NCBI GenBank assembly: GCA_000320545.1
Contig: ADNK01001575.1
Coordinates: forward strand, 1 to 61,850
DNA from: Bigelowiella natans CCMP2755
Taxonomy: Eukaryota > Protista > Cercozoa
Direction: 5' to 3'
DNA: 61,850 nt
Under the pieces are notes generated by a model. That model was not told the DNA's origin, made no database searches, and was given only the letters and a program-made list of their open reading frames with translations. The translations under genes were made by a program, and so were the position numbers. Position 1 is the first letter of the stretch. The number at the start of each line of letters is the position of its first letter. This document shows positions 30,571-39,850 of this stretch, in pieces.

Positions 30571-30928
30571 TGTCAGCGGTCTGGCCGCGCCACCCACGAT
30601 CAAGGAGCTGTCGCAGCATGCGCACGTCCACTCGTGCTGCACGCTGCGCTGCGCACATGCGCATGGAAGTTCTCAGAACTTCCAGAATCTTCGAGAACAT
30701 TCCGGAAGCTTCGAGAACCTTCCAGAAACACTCGAGAGAATTCGAGAGAATTCTGGAAGATTCGAGAATCTTCGCGAATGCGCCGGAACCCAATGCGCAC
30801 ATGCGTGCAGCGCAAGTCACAAGTCATCATCAGAATCCAAAAGCACACGAGACCGCGTGTTGACTTTCCAACATCAACAGCACAGTCCCGCGCACAAAAG
30901 CCAAACAGCTACCGCTAGTCCGCTAAAA
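30571..30928 (+). repeat. 5' LTR
   Basis: TGTCAGCGG...CCGCTAAAA; identical by eye to 37312-37669. Confidence 0.97.
30679..30779. promoter_or_regulatory. Heat-shock element array (alternating nTTCn/nGAAn) in the 5' LTR; copy at 37420-37520
   Basis: 10 perfect alternating pentamers at 30679-30728 and 6 more at 30750-30779. Confidence 0.85.
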
Positions 30929-30939
30929 GGTTATGAGCC
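30929..30939 (+). promoter_or_regulatory. Primer-binding site complementary to the tRNA-iMet anticodon stem-loop (half-tRNA priming)
   Basis: GGTTATGAGCC lies directly after the LTR; its reverse complement GGCTCATAACC contains the CAT anticodon loop, as in Ty5 and Drosophila copia. Confidence 0.85.
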
Positions 30940-31114
30940 TCAAGAGGACTTGCTAGAGAACCAACAAAGAAAAGAACCAAGCAAACCCCCCACCCCCCCC
31001 CTTCAGCTACATCCTTTCAGAAGAAGGAACTGAAAGCGACAACAGCATTCCCTCAGCCAATCTTCGGTCAAGCCTCCAAAGCACTGAAAACAAAGAAAAC
31101 AGGAACGAAACAAC

Positions 31115-34100
31115 ATGTCAGAAAAGCAGATAGACTCCCTGCTGAAAAACTTCACCCTCAAGTACGATGGTAGCAACTACAAGCCCTACATGTACAAGCT
31201 AATGTCCGCCTTTGAAGCAGCGGATTTGGAATCATGCTTCAATGTCAACATAGAAACAGAAGGAAAGGTGACAGAAGTCAATGTACGCACCGACCCCGCT
31301 CACCGACGAGAAGTACTCAAGCTCTCTCAGGAGCAATTCGACATCCTCAACCCTAAACCCGAAGGAAGAGGATCACAAGAAAAGATAAACAAAAGAAAGA
31401 GAGGAAGATTCTTCCTCACTGCTACCCTTCCTGATAAATTCTTCGATCTACTCGAAGGAAAACCCAAAGACGTAGCAGTTACCTTAGCAGCCTTGCTGGA
31501 GAAGTACGAGCCTACCAATCCTGTAGCCGTCAGGAAACTTTATTCGAAGCTAAGTGATATAAACATGGGTCAGTACAATGGAGACTTCACGAAGTATCAT
31601 TCTGACCTTGACTCGACGATCAGAAGACTTCGAGCACAGCACGAAGGATACTCCGACAATCAAGCTCTTACCACTCTACTTCGAGGACTTGTACCTAGAG
31701 AAAAATACGAGACTATAGTAACAGTCATTAACAACAAGAAAGATGTTACCTTCGACTCTGCAGTGGACATGATCCGCTCCCACATGAACTCCCGATCGTT
31801 AGATGACGGGCAGAAACCTTCAAAGAAACATGCAGGACACACCAGTGCAGAACACAAATACGTGAAGATGTACGATGGCTTGGAGAAAAGGCTAAATGAA
31901 CTTACGGGTCAGCTGAAGACCTACAAGAGGAAATTCAACAAAGGAAAGAACAGATACAACAGCGAAGCATATCAAGACAATTCCAAGAAGCAAAAGAGAG
32001 AAGACTATTTCTTGAACTTAAAGAAAAGAACAAAATGCCATTACTGTGGCAAGAAAGGACATTGGGAAAAGGAATGCAGAAACAAGATGAGAGACGAAGG
32101 CAAGCAGAACAAAGGAAAACACTATTCTTTTATAGATCATGGCTCCCCTTCCCAAAGACCCTCTTACATTAATAAGATGGCACGCGACAATTCTTACCTG
32201 CACACGCTGAAGTACAACCATAAGCCTTTGATCCTTCTCGACAGCGGAGCCAACAACCACTTCTTCTGCGACCGCGACTTCTTCAACGAGTTGAAACCTA
32301 TTCAACCACGATACATAGAAGTTGGCAAAGATGGGACAGGATTCTTTGTGGATTATGCAGGCGACGTCGAACTAACTACGAAAAACAAGCAAGGAAAGAT
32401 GCATAAAATTGTTCTACAAGGAGCTTTGTACTCTGAAGAAGCTGCAGGCAATGTGATTTCTCTAAACAGACTAGTTAAGAGTGGCAGCGAGTACAAAGGA
32501 ACAAAACAAGGAATAAGCATTACCGCCAACGGAGAGGAATACGCGTTCGGGGACTTTCAAGACGACGGCCTATTTTATTTGAGATATAAACAAATAAACA
32601 AAAGTACAAAAACACAAAGATTTAAATCCTACCCAATGAAACAGCCATCTTCAATCAAGCACGCACATAACATCCTAGGGCACATCGCAGCGGATAAGAT
32701 AAGAGACACCTATGCAGTTACAGAAGGTTTACCTTATTCCAAGACGATAAAAATACCAAAGAAGATCTTTTGCAAGGCCTGTGATGTAGCCAAAACAAAA
32801 AGATCTCCGATCTTTGATCCAAGCGCCCAAGAAAGGATGAAACAGCATCGGAATAAAGCAAAGATTGAGGACGATGCTGTCAAAAAGAAGCAAAAATGTG
32901 TACCTGTTATCCACAAGAAAAACCGGATGTGGAATAGAATTCACTCTGATGTAAAGACCATGCCTAACAGCATGGATGGTTACAAGTATTTCGTAATATT
33001 CGTACATGAAGGAACAAGGTGGGTTACCTTGGAGCTCATGAGAAAGAAAAGCGAAGTTACGCAGAAAACCATACAGTTCCTAAAGCACATCAGAAAGCTT
33101 CCAGGTTGTGGAAGCATAGACGAATTCAGATCGGATGGTGGAGGTGAATATATGAGCGCAAAGCTACATAGCTGGCTCACCTCCGAAGGAATAAAATGGG
33201 TTCCTAGCACCGCCCGAACACCTGAGCAAAATGGAATGTCCGAGCGTCACATACAGACTATCATGGCGAAAACAAGAGCTATGTTAGAACATGCACGCTT
33301 ACCGGTCGGATACTGGTCCTACGCAGCTCAGACTGCAGCATATCTCCACAACGTCACCTCACATCGCAGCACACCTGGTAGAAAAACGCCTAAAGAACTA
33401 CTGCACCATGAGCAACCAAATCTAAAGAATCTAACTACCTGGGGATGCATCGGAGTAAACCACATCGACAAGGAACTCCGACCTGCAGGTGGTATGGGTG
33501 CTAGAGGTGAATACGTACGTATGTTGGGATATGACGATAGATTTGGTACTTTTCTCGTCGCCACGAAGACGCTGAAAATTAGAAGAGTCCGTGTAACTAA
33601 ATGGTACCACACAGTGTTTAAGTTTCCTTCGCTGAAGAGAAACAAAGTTAGTGATTCGGCTTTGGCGTACCTTTATCCAGAAGGTCCTGCCGACGCGGAC
33701 GCCCCCGAACCATCCAGTGCAACTGACGAGTTGCCAGAGGATGGTGGGCCTGAAACAAAAGCAAAAAGTAAACCTCGAAGGTCGAATAGAGAAAATAGGG
33801 GAGTACCTGGTATTCGTTACGGAATACTTGGTAGCTATTACGACCGCCTGATGAACATAAAAGCTCCATCAGTACAAGAGATCGAGGACCTTCCTAAGAC
33901 GTATGACGATGCAATCACAGGAGATGATAAGAAGCATTGGATACCTTCTACGGAAGAGGAACTGCACCAGCTTCGAAAACTTGGAACGTTTACGCTGGTA
34001 GTGCGACCTAAGGATACAAATTTAGTTACATCTAAATGGGTATTCAAGAAGAAAATAAATGTAGACTATACCATTCGGTATAAGTCAAGGCTGGTCGCGC

Positions 34101-35557
34101 GAGGGTTCACGCAGATCCCGGGAGAAGACTTCTTCTTCTCTTATTCCCCGACGTTGTCCCTAAATAGTTTTCGGATAATGTTAGCCATAGCATCTATCCT
34201 CAAGCTAAAACTACACGGGATAGATATACTTACAGCTTTCCTAACTGGAAAGATGGACTGTAAAGTACACATGGAAATACCTAAAGGGTGGAAGCCGAAG
34301 ACACCTGAGGAAATCCGGCTATACAACAGTGGCCTTCCACTAGCCCTACTGGTAAACAAAAGCATTTATGGGCTGACACAAGCAAGTGCAATATTCAGCC
34401 TTACCTTGCTCGAGCATCTCAACGCCATTGGCTTCGTCCAGCTTTATTCCGATCCTTGCCTAATGATAATGCACAGACAAGGAAGAATCATCATATTGTC
34501 ATGTTTCGTGGATGACATATGCATAGCATATCAAGATAAGAGAGACCTGGACTTTGTCATGAAGCGAATAGGCGACAAGTTTGAGTTTCGCGATGAAGGC
34601 GAGCTAAAGAAAACACTGGGCATAAGAGTTGGTAGCGACAATGAGGGAAACTATTGGATATCGCAGGAAGACTACCTCACCAGACTCGCCCAGAAGTATG
34701 ATATCACGCCTACGAAAAGAGCAAAAACACCAATGATAACAGGATCGAAGTTAGACGAATACGAGGAGCATGATAAGGTGGATCAAAAGGCATACAGATC
34801 CATCATAGGAGCTGCAATGTATGCAGCTGTGGCTACTAGACCAGACATATGCTACACTCTATCTCGTCTAGCTTCCTACAGTCAAGATCCTAGAACTATA
34901 CACTACATCGCTGCAGTACGCTTACTGCAGTATCTGGTCAATACAAAGGATAAAAGAATTACCTTTAAAGCAGCGTCCAAACCTGAGCTTAAAGCTTACG
35001 TCGATGCCTCCTGGAAAACCTGCAAGAAAACGGGTAAATCATACTCAGGATATTTCATATCGCTAAGCAACGCACCTGTTGTCTGGAAGAGCAACAAGCA
35101 AAAGGTCGTTGCTATGTCCAGTGGCGAGGCTGAGTACATAGCACTATCAGATATATGCAGAGAGTTAGTGTATGTCACTCAGTTACTACAGGAGTTAAAA
35201 ATGAAAATACCGAACCCTGTACCTGTGTATTGTGACTCTCAAGCAGCTATCTCCATTGCAGCCAAGCCTGGATTCACACAGAAAGGCAAGAACATAAGGA
35301 TAGAATATCACAATGTTCGTGATAACTATCAAACCAAGCAGATCTGCATAAACAAAATACCTGGGGAGGACAATCCCGCTGATATACTTACCAAGGCTCT
35401 ACCAGGACCTAGCAACAAGAAACACTGTGATTTCTTGTTCCCTATATCATACAGAGAAAAACTAACCATCATGCTACAAGGCACCAGAAAAAGAAAAATA
35501 ACTACAAAGACTCTACCTTACAAGCTCCCTCGCCTTGTCGGCCCCACGTCCGCTTAG
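31115..35557 (+). CDS. Copia gag-pol polyprotein, 1480 aa
   Basis: Zn knuckle CHYCGKKGHWEKEC, protease LLDSGA, HHCC (HNILGH...CKAC), integrase HSDV/RSDGGGEY/NGMSER, RT YKSRLVARGF and FVDD, RNase H YVDASW/SSGEAEY/CDSQAAI/NPADILTK. Confidence 0.97.
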   Translation: MSEKQIDSLLKNFTLKYDGSNYKPYMYKLMSAFEAADLESCFNVNIETEGKVTEVNVRTDPAHRREVLKLSQEQFDILNPKPEGRGSQEKINKRKRGRFFLTATLPDKFFDLLEGKPKDVAVTLAALLEKYEPTNPVAVRKLYSKLSDINMGQYNGDFTKYHSDLDSTIRRLRAQHEGYSDNQALTTLLRGLVPREKYETIVTVINNKKDVTFDSAVDMIRSHMNSRSLDDGQKPSKKHAGHTSAEHKYVKMYDGLEKRLNELTGQLKTYKRKFNKGKNRYNSEAYQDNSKKQKREDYFLNLKKRTKCHYCGKKGHWEKECRNKMRDEGKQNKGKHYSFIDHGSPSQRPSYINKMARDNSYLHTLKYNHKPLILLDSGANNHFFCDRDFFNELKPIQPRYIEVGKDGTGFFVDYAGDVELTTKNKQGKMHKIVLQGALYSEEAAGNVISLNRLVKSGSEYKGTKQGISITANGEEYAFGDFQDDGLFYLRYKQINKSTKTQRFKSYPMKQPSSIKHAHNILGHIAADKIRDTYAVTEGLPYSKTIKIPKKIFCKACDVAKTKRSPIFDPSAQERMKQHRNKAKIEDDAVKKKQKCVPVIHKKNRMWNRIHSDVKTMPNSMDGYKYFVIFVHEGTRWVTLELMRKKSEVTQKTIQFLKHIRKLPGCGSIDEFRSDGGGEYMSAKLHSWLTSEGIKWVPSTARTPEQNGMSERHIQTIMAKTRAMLEHARLPVGYWSYAAQTAAYLHNVTSHRSTPGRKTPKELLHHEQPNLKNLTTWGCIGVNHIDKELRPAGGMGARGEYVRMLGYDDRFGTFLVATKTLKIRRVRVTKWYHTVFKFPSLKRNKVSDSALAYLYPEGPADADAPEPSSATDELPEDGGPETKAKSKPRRSNRENRGVPGIRYGILGSYYDRLMNIKAPSVQEIEDLPKTYDDAITGDDKKHWIPSTEEELHQLRKLGTFTLVVRPKDTNLVTSKWVFKKKINVDYTIRYKSRLVARGFTQIPGEDFFFSYSPTLSLNSFRIMLAIASILKLKLHGIDILTAFLTGKMDCKVHMEIPKGWKPKTPEEIRLYNSGLPLALLVNKSIYGLTQASAIFSLTLLEHLNAIGFVQLYSDPCLMIMHRQGRIIILSCFVDDICIAYQDKRDLDFVMKRIGDKFEFRDEGELKKTLGIRVGSDNEGNYWISQEDYLTRLAQKYDITPTKRAKTPMITGSKLDEYEEHDKVDQKAYRSIIGAAMYAAVATRPDICYTLSRLASYSQDPRTIHYIAAVRLLQYLVNTKDKRITFKAASKPELKAYVDASWKTCKKTGKSYSGYFISLSNAPVVWKSNKQKVVAMSSGEAEYIALSDICRELVYVTQLLQELKMKIPNPVPVYCDSQAAISIAAKPGFTQKGKNIRIEYHNVRDNYQTKQICINKIPGEDNPADILTKALPGPSNKKHCDFLFPISYREKLTIMLQGTRKRKITTKTLPYKLPRLVGPTSA

Positions 35558-37301
35558 TCGCCCTATGAAAGCCCCACGTCCATTTAGAAACCTACAACAT
35601 ATAAACATATAGGCTGCAAGGTTTTAATGGCACACATCTTTGTATGTGTGTACCTTTCCTTGCGTATCTTGCTATGGACTATATGCACAGTGTCTTCCAG
35701 ACACTCTCGCTATCATGGGGGCGAATGTAGAATACGCTATAGATTTCTATATGATTGCACAGTGTCTTCCAGACACTGCACAATCATGGGGGCGGATATA
35801 ATAATGAAGACGAGATACCTAGTGTATAACAAATACGAAGTCAAATATAAGGAGAGAACATGCAAAAGCTGTATACTACAAGATACCTACGAAGTTAACA
35901 AAAGGAAAAACGATCGCCTGGAGATCCACACAATTATCGGTATTATATTGGAAGTGGCGAGGCATCTGCTGTGGCTCCTATGTACAATGGCCACAATAAA
36001 GAAATGCAGAGACCGCAACAAAGCAGCATGGGTAATATAGCGATTTCTAAGGCACGTGAACTTGAGTCTCCATACAGGGTTAACGGATCGTCCACAGCAT
36101 GACTACCAAGGAGGGCCTATTCACAAAGACAACCAAATAGTTACGCAGAGAAATGGCTATCACAGATCCAGGCCGGTCGAAGCGGTGAATATTCATTATG
36201 AGGAAGTTAGCGCCCCTTATGGTGCTCAGTGATGACTCATTATTATATAAATAATTCAATAACCGTCGTTATAGCTTTCCGGTAAGAGAATCCTCGCTCC
36301 CCCCTTCATGGAAGCAGGCAGAAGGGGAATCTATCACAATGAGGGTTCTGGCACAAAAGGTTATCATGGCAAGGACACCGATAGATCGAAATTGGCCGCA
36401 CCTTATGAGACAAAATCGCGCCTACAGGGCGAAGCATACTTGGGGTCGAACGTTCGGGACCAGGCAAGAGCAGCGGTCCCTCAACAAAGCTTTGAGGGGG
36501 CTCCTCCACCCCCCCTTCCTCGTCATATCACTAACGAAACAGCTAGTATTAGCTTAGTCTCACAAAAACGCAGCAACAATCTGGAATCTTTCTGGAACTT
36601 TCATGGGCATCAGAAACAACCCTTCAAAGTAGACCGCCGTAGCCATCACAACGCAAACAGCAGCAGCAGTAGTGACAGTGTAAGTGACAGAGATGGCATC
36701 AAACAGCAACGATCAAACCAGAAGGGTCGTGCTGCTCGTACTGCTGATGACGAAAAACAGAAGAAGAAGAAGAAGGAGGAAAGGACTACTTGCACTACCC
36801 ACCTGTCTACCTACCTACCGAGCCTTGGTCAACACCGCATGTGGGTGCAGGTGACGAACGTAGGGCATTCCGGAATTTTTCTGGAATCTTTCTGGAAGTG
36901 CCCAGGGGATTCCAGAATTTTTTCTGGAAGTGCACCAGTGTCGCAGAAAAATTCTTTTCTGGAAGCACACTGGTGTCGTTCAAAAAAATTAATTTTTTGG
37001 ACAAGTCCCAGTTCGTACCGAAATGGTGGCACCTTGCCCAGTCAGGCAAGAATTTTTCCTGCCGATTTCGGAGTGCACCATGCCCATGGCACCTTGCCCA
37101 GTTGCAAGCCTGGGAATTTTGTGCCTCTGCACAGAGTTTTTGGGCGTCTGGTGGTGCGATGTTTGGTCGGCAAAACATTGCCAACCATTCGGACTCCGAA
37201 ACCTTTGGGAATGGCGTCCATGTGCAGCACCGTGCAAAAGTTCTGTCACCATGGCAGAAATGGCACGTGCACATCAGCACTCTGATCGTGGTCACCACGT
37301 C

Positions 37302-37311
37302 CATGGGGGCG
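37302..37311 (+). promoter_or_regulatory. Polypurine tract
   Basis: CATGGGGGCG immediately upstream of the 3' LTR. Confidence 0.7.
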
Positions 37312-37669
37312 TGTCAGCGGTCTGGCCGCGCCACCCACGATCAAGGAGCTGTCGCAGCATGCGCACGTCCACTCGTGCTGCACGCTGCGCTGCGCACATG
37401 CGCATGGAAGTTCTCAGAACTTCCAGAATCTTCGAGAACATTCCGGAAGCTTCGAGAACCTTCCAGAAACACTCGAGAGAATTCGAGAGAATTCTGGAAG
37501 ATTCGAGAATCTTCGCGAATGCGCCGGAACCCAATGCGCACATGCGTGCAGCGCAAGTCACAAGTCATCATCAGAATCCAAAAGCACACGAGACCGCGTG
37601 TTGACTTTCCAACATCAACAGCACAGTCCCGCGCACAAAAGCCAAACAGCTACCGCTAGTCCGCTAAAA
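37312..37669 (+). repeat. 3' LTR
   Basis: Identical to the 5' LTR; followed by the TSD CGTAC. Confidence 0.97.
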
Positions 37670-37916
37670 CGTACGTGAATGCAAATTACTTCACCGTGAA
37701 GATCATCACTGGATTCCCCAATTCCGCTCAGGTGCACGCCCACAGCGCACATGTGTGCTGTGTCTATTTGTCATGGGTGGAACACATGCAGCGAGCGTGC
37801 CTCCCTATGGAAATGGCTGTCAGTCATTTTTTAGCTCATTAGTACATCAATGGCGCAATGGTGTAGTCGTGCACCTTACGAAATGGAAACTTAAAAGTAT
37901 TAATACCATTTCGGTG

Positions 37917-38833
37917 CTACTCGTTGCTGCTCCCTACACTTGCTTTCATACTGGATGTTGATCGTTGTGATCCAGAAGCCTCTAACAATGATGGTGTATT
38001 TTTCACTGGTTCGTCGTTATTTTCCGTGGACTCATCTTTGCTCATAGATTGAAGTGATGATGAGTTTTTGGATGCGTCGCTATTCAGTTGATTTGTGCAA
38101 ATGTCCTCAACTTTGTCATTGGTTGTACTTTTTTCGTCAGAATCAACACTCTCATCCTTGAGTAGCGTTTTAAGTCTATCAACCTCATTCGTCAAGGAAA
38201 CCACCTTAGTTTGCTGGGAAAGATGGAATGATTATTAGATCCTTGGAAATAAATTAAGGAAATGCATTAGTCGCATGCATGGCATGGAAGATCATTGGTT
38301 ACATTTGCTTACCAGAAAGCTTGAATCATACCGGATTTTGTTCTTTTCTCTTATGGCGTCCTCAACTTCTCCCGTTGCAATAGCTAGCTGGGATCTCAAT
38401 ATCTCTAGCCTAAGTTCTAGCTGCTGGTTCTTTGAGCGTGCCTTCTTGTAGTTATCAGCCAAGCTTCTTTCATCTTTGAGTCGGTTTTTCCAATTTTTGT
38501 ACATTTCCATCAATGCATACTTTGCATCTTTGTTGAGTATTTCGGGAAATGATGGAATCTTCACATCATCTGCAGACCGTGGTCTGTTGGCGATCTTCAT
38601 TGCAAAAGTTTTTATTTCTTTCGTCATAGCAGCAACTTCAACAGAAAAGTTCACTTGTTTCCCAACCCTTTGGCTTGGCCTAGAGTGCGTTGGACTACTA
38701 GCCATGGACACCGGTTGAGTGTAGGCTGAGAACATGCTTGCTCTACTTGATCGTCTTGAATGCCTTGGGCTATTTGCGGGGGATCCGCGTGGACTTTCAA
38801 TTCTTACATTCGAAGTGGTGAAGAACGATGTAG
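37917..38833 (-). pseudogene. 3' portion of an intron-containing coiled-coil gene with no visible 5' exons
   Basis: Two exons (about 38331-38833 and 37917-38213) separated by a GTATG...CAG intron; the upstream sequence is a TpA-purged tract. Confidence 0.45.
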
Positions 38834-38850
38834 CTAAACACAAAAATGAA

Positions 38851-39455
38851 TTTGTGACCCAACAAACATGTTAGTCGATCGTGACACTTGCAAGTTGAGC
38901 GAATGCTCTCACTGCTCACCGCTCATCGCAACGCGACGGACGGACAAAAATCAACGCAACGGTGCAACACAAGTGAAGCACGGAGCTCAAAAATTCTCAA
39001 AACTCAACAATCACATCGTGTGTGGGGTCGCCGACTGCTCATCTTCTTGTTCCTCATCGTCTAGGTTCTCGGAATCGCTCGCTCCGTGACAAGCTCAGAC
39101 TCTCACTCTGGGAAGAACTCGCATTGGCAATTTCCACACAACGACAACCAGGAAAATCCAAAACGCACGGCATTTTGCCGGCTTTTTTCATGGCCGCTAA
39201 ATTCAGCCAATGCTGTTCGATGTGTTGCAGCACAATGGGGTCAATTGTTCGACTAAAATCTCGGCTGGAACCAAATTTCATGATTTCACAAAATCATGGA
39301 GATTGCGACTCTCAACTTTCCCCTGAGCCAGCTGAGGTCTGCGGGCATGGTGATCAAGCTGGCAAGTCAATTTTCTAGGAACAGGTCTGGAGGCACAGTG
39401 ACCTGTGCAGCGGCTACTTTGTGACTTTGTGCACTTTTCTGGACATGGGGAGTGA
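38851..39455. other. TpA-purged tract
   Basis: 6 TpA in about 605 bp: CTAG x2, CTAA x2, CTAC and TTAG. Confidence 0.85.
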
Positions 39456-39850
39456 TAATGTTGGCGAAGCAACTCTAAATCCTAAAGGATTGAAAGATAT
39501 AGTCATATTAAATCATAAAGATGAAAAACAACCAACAAAACCAAAGGTTAGTGATGAAACTGTAGAAGCATTTATGAAGAATATTGATAATTATAAGGGA
39601 CAAAATAGAGACATATTAATTAAACTTGGTCTTACTAAACCAGATGTTGAAGAAAAAGAACAATATAATAAACCATCTTGGTATAATAGATTTAAGGATA
39701 TTGATAGTCATAACAACAACAATGATAGTCATAAAACAAAAACTATTAATATTTAACTTATTCATAATATTATCTTATAATCATAATAGTAATTATGATG
39801 ATTATAAAAATATATTTATTGTGCTTTGTTTCCTAACTCTTCTAATTTCT
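39455..39850 (+). pseudogene. AT-rich, 5'-truncated virus-like ORF end plus an AT-rich hairpin
   Basis: Abrupt switch to very AT-rich K/N/D/E-rich coding ending at 39756, followed by the imperfect palindrome TTATAATCATAAT-AGTA-ATTATGATGATTATAA. Confidence 0.5.

Larger units (their letters stand above)
30571..37669 (+). mobile_element. Complete, recently inserted Ty1/copia LTR retrotransposon
   Basis: Two identical 358-bp LTRs, a 5-bp TSD CGTAC at 30566-30570 and 37670-37674, PBS, PPT, and an intact single gag-pol ORF in PR-IN-RT-RH order. Confidence 0.98.

Noticed and set aside
36308-37659. Overlapping 190-325 aa ORFs as env-like or accessory genes
   Set aside because: They have no domain or TM pattern, run into the LTR and are open in several frames; loss of TpA removes TAA/TAG stops and inflates ORF length.
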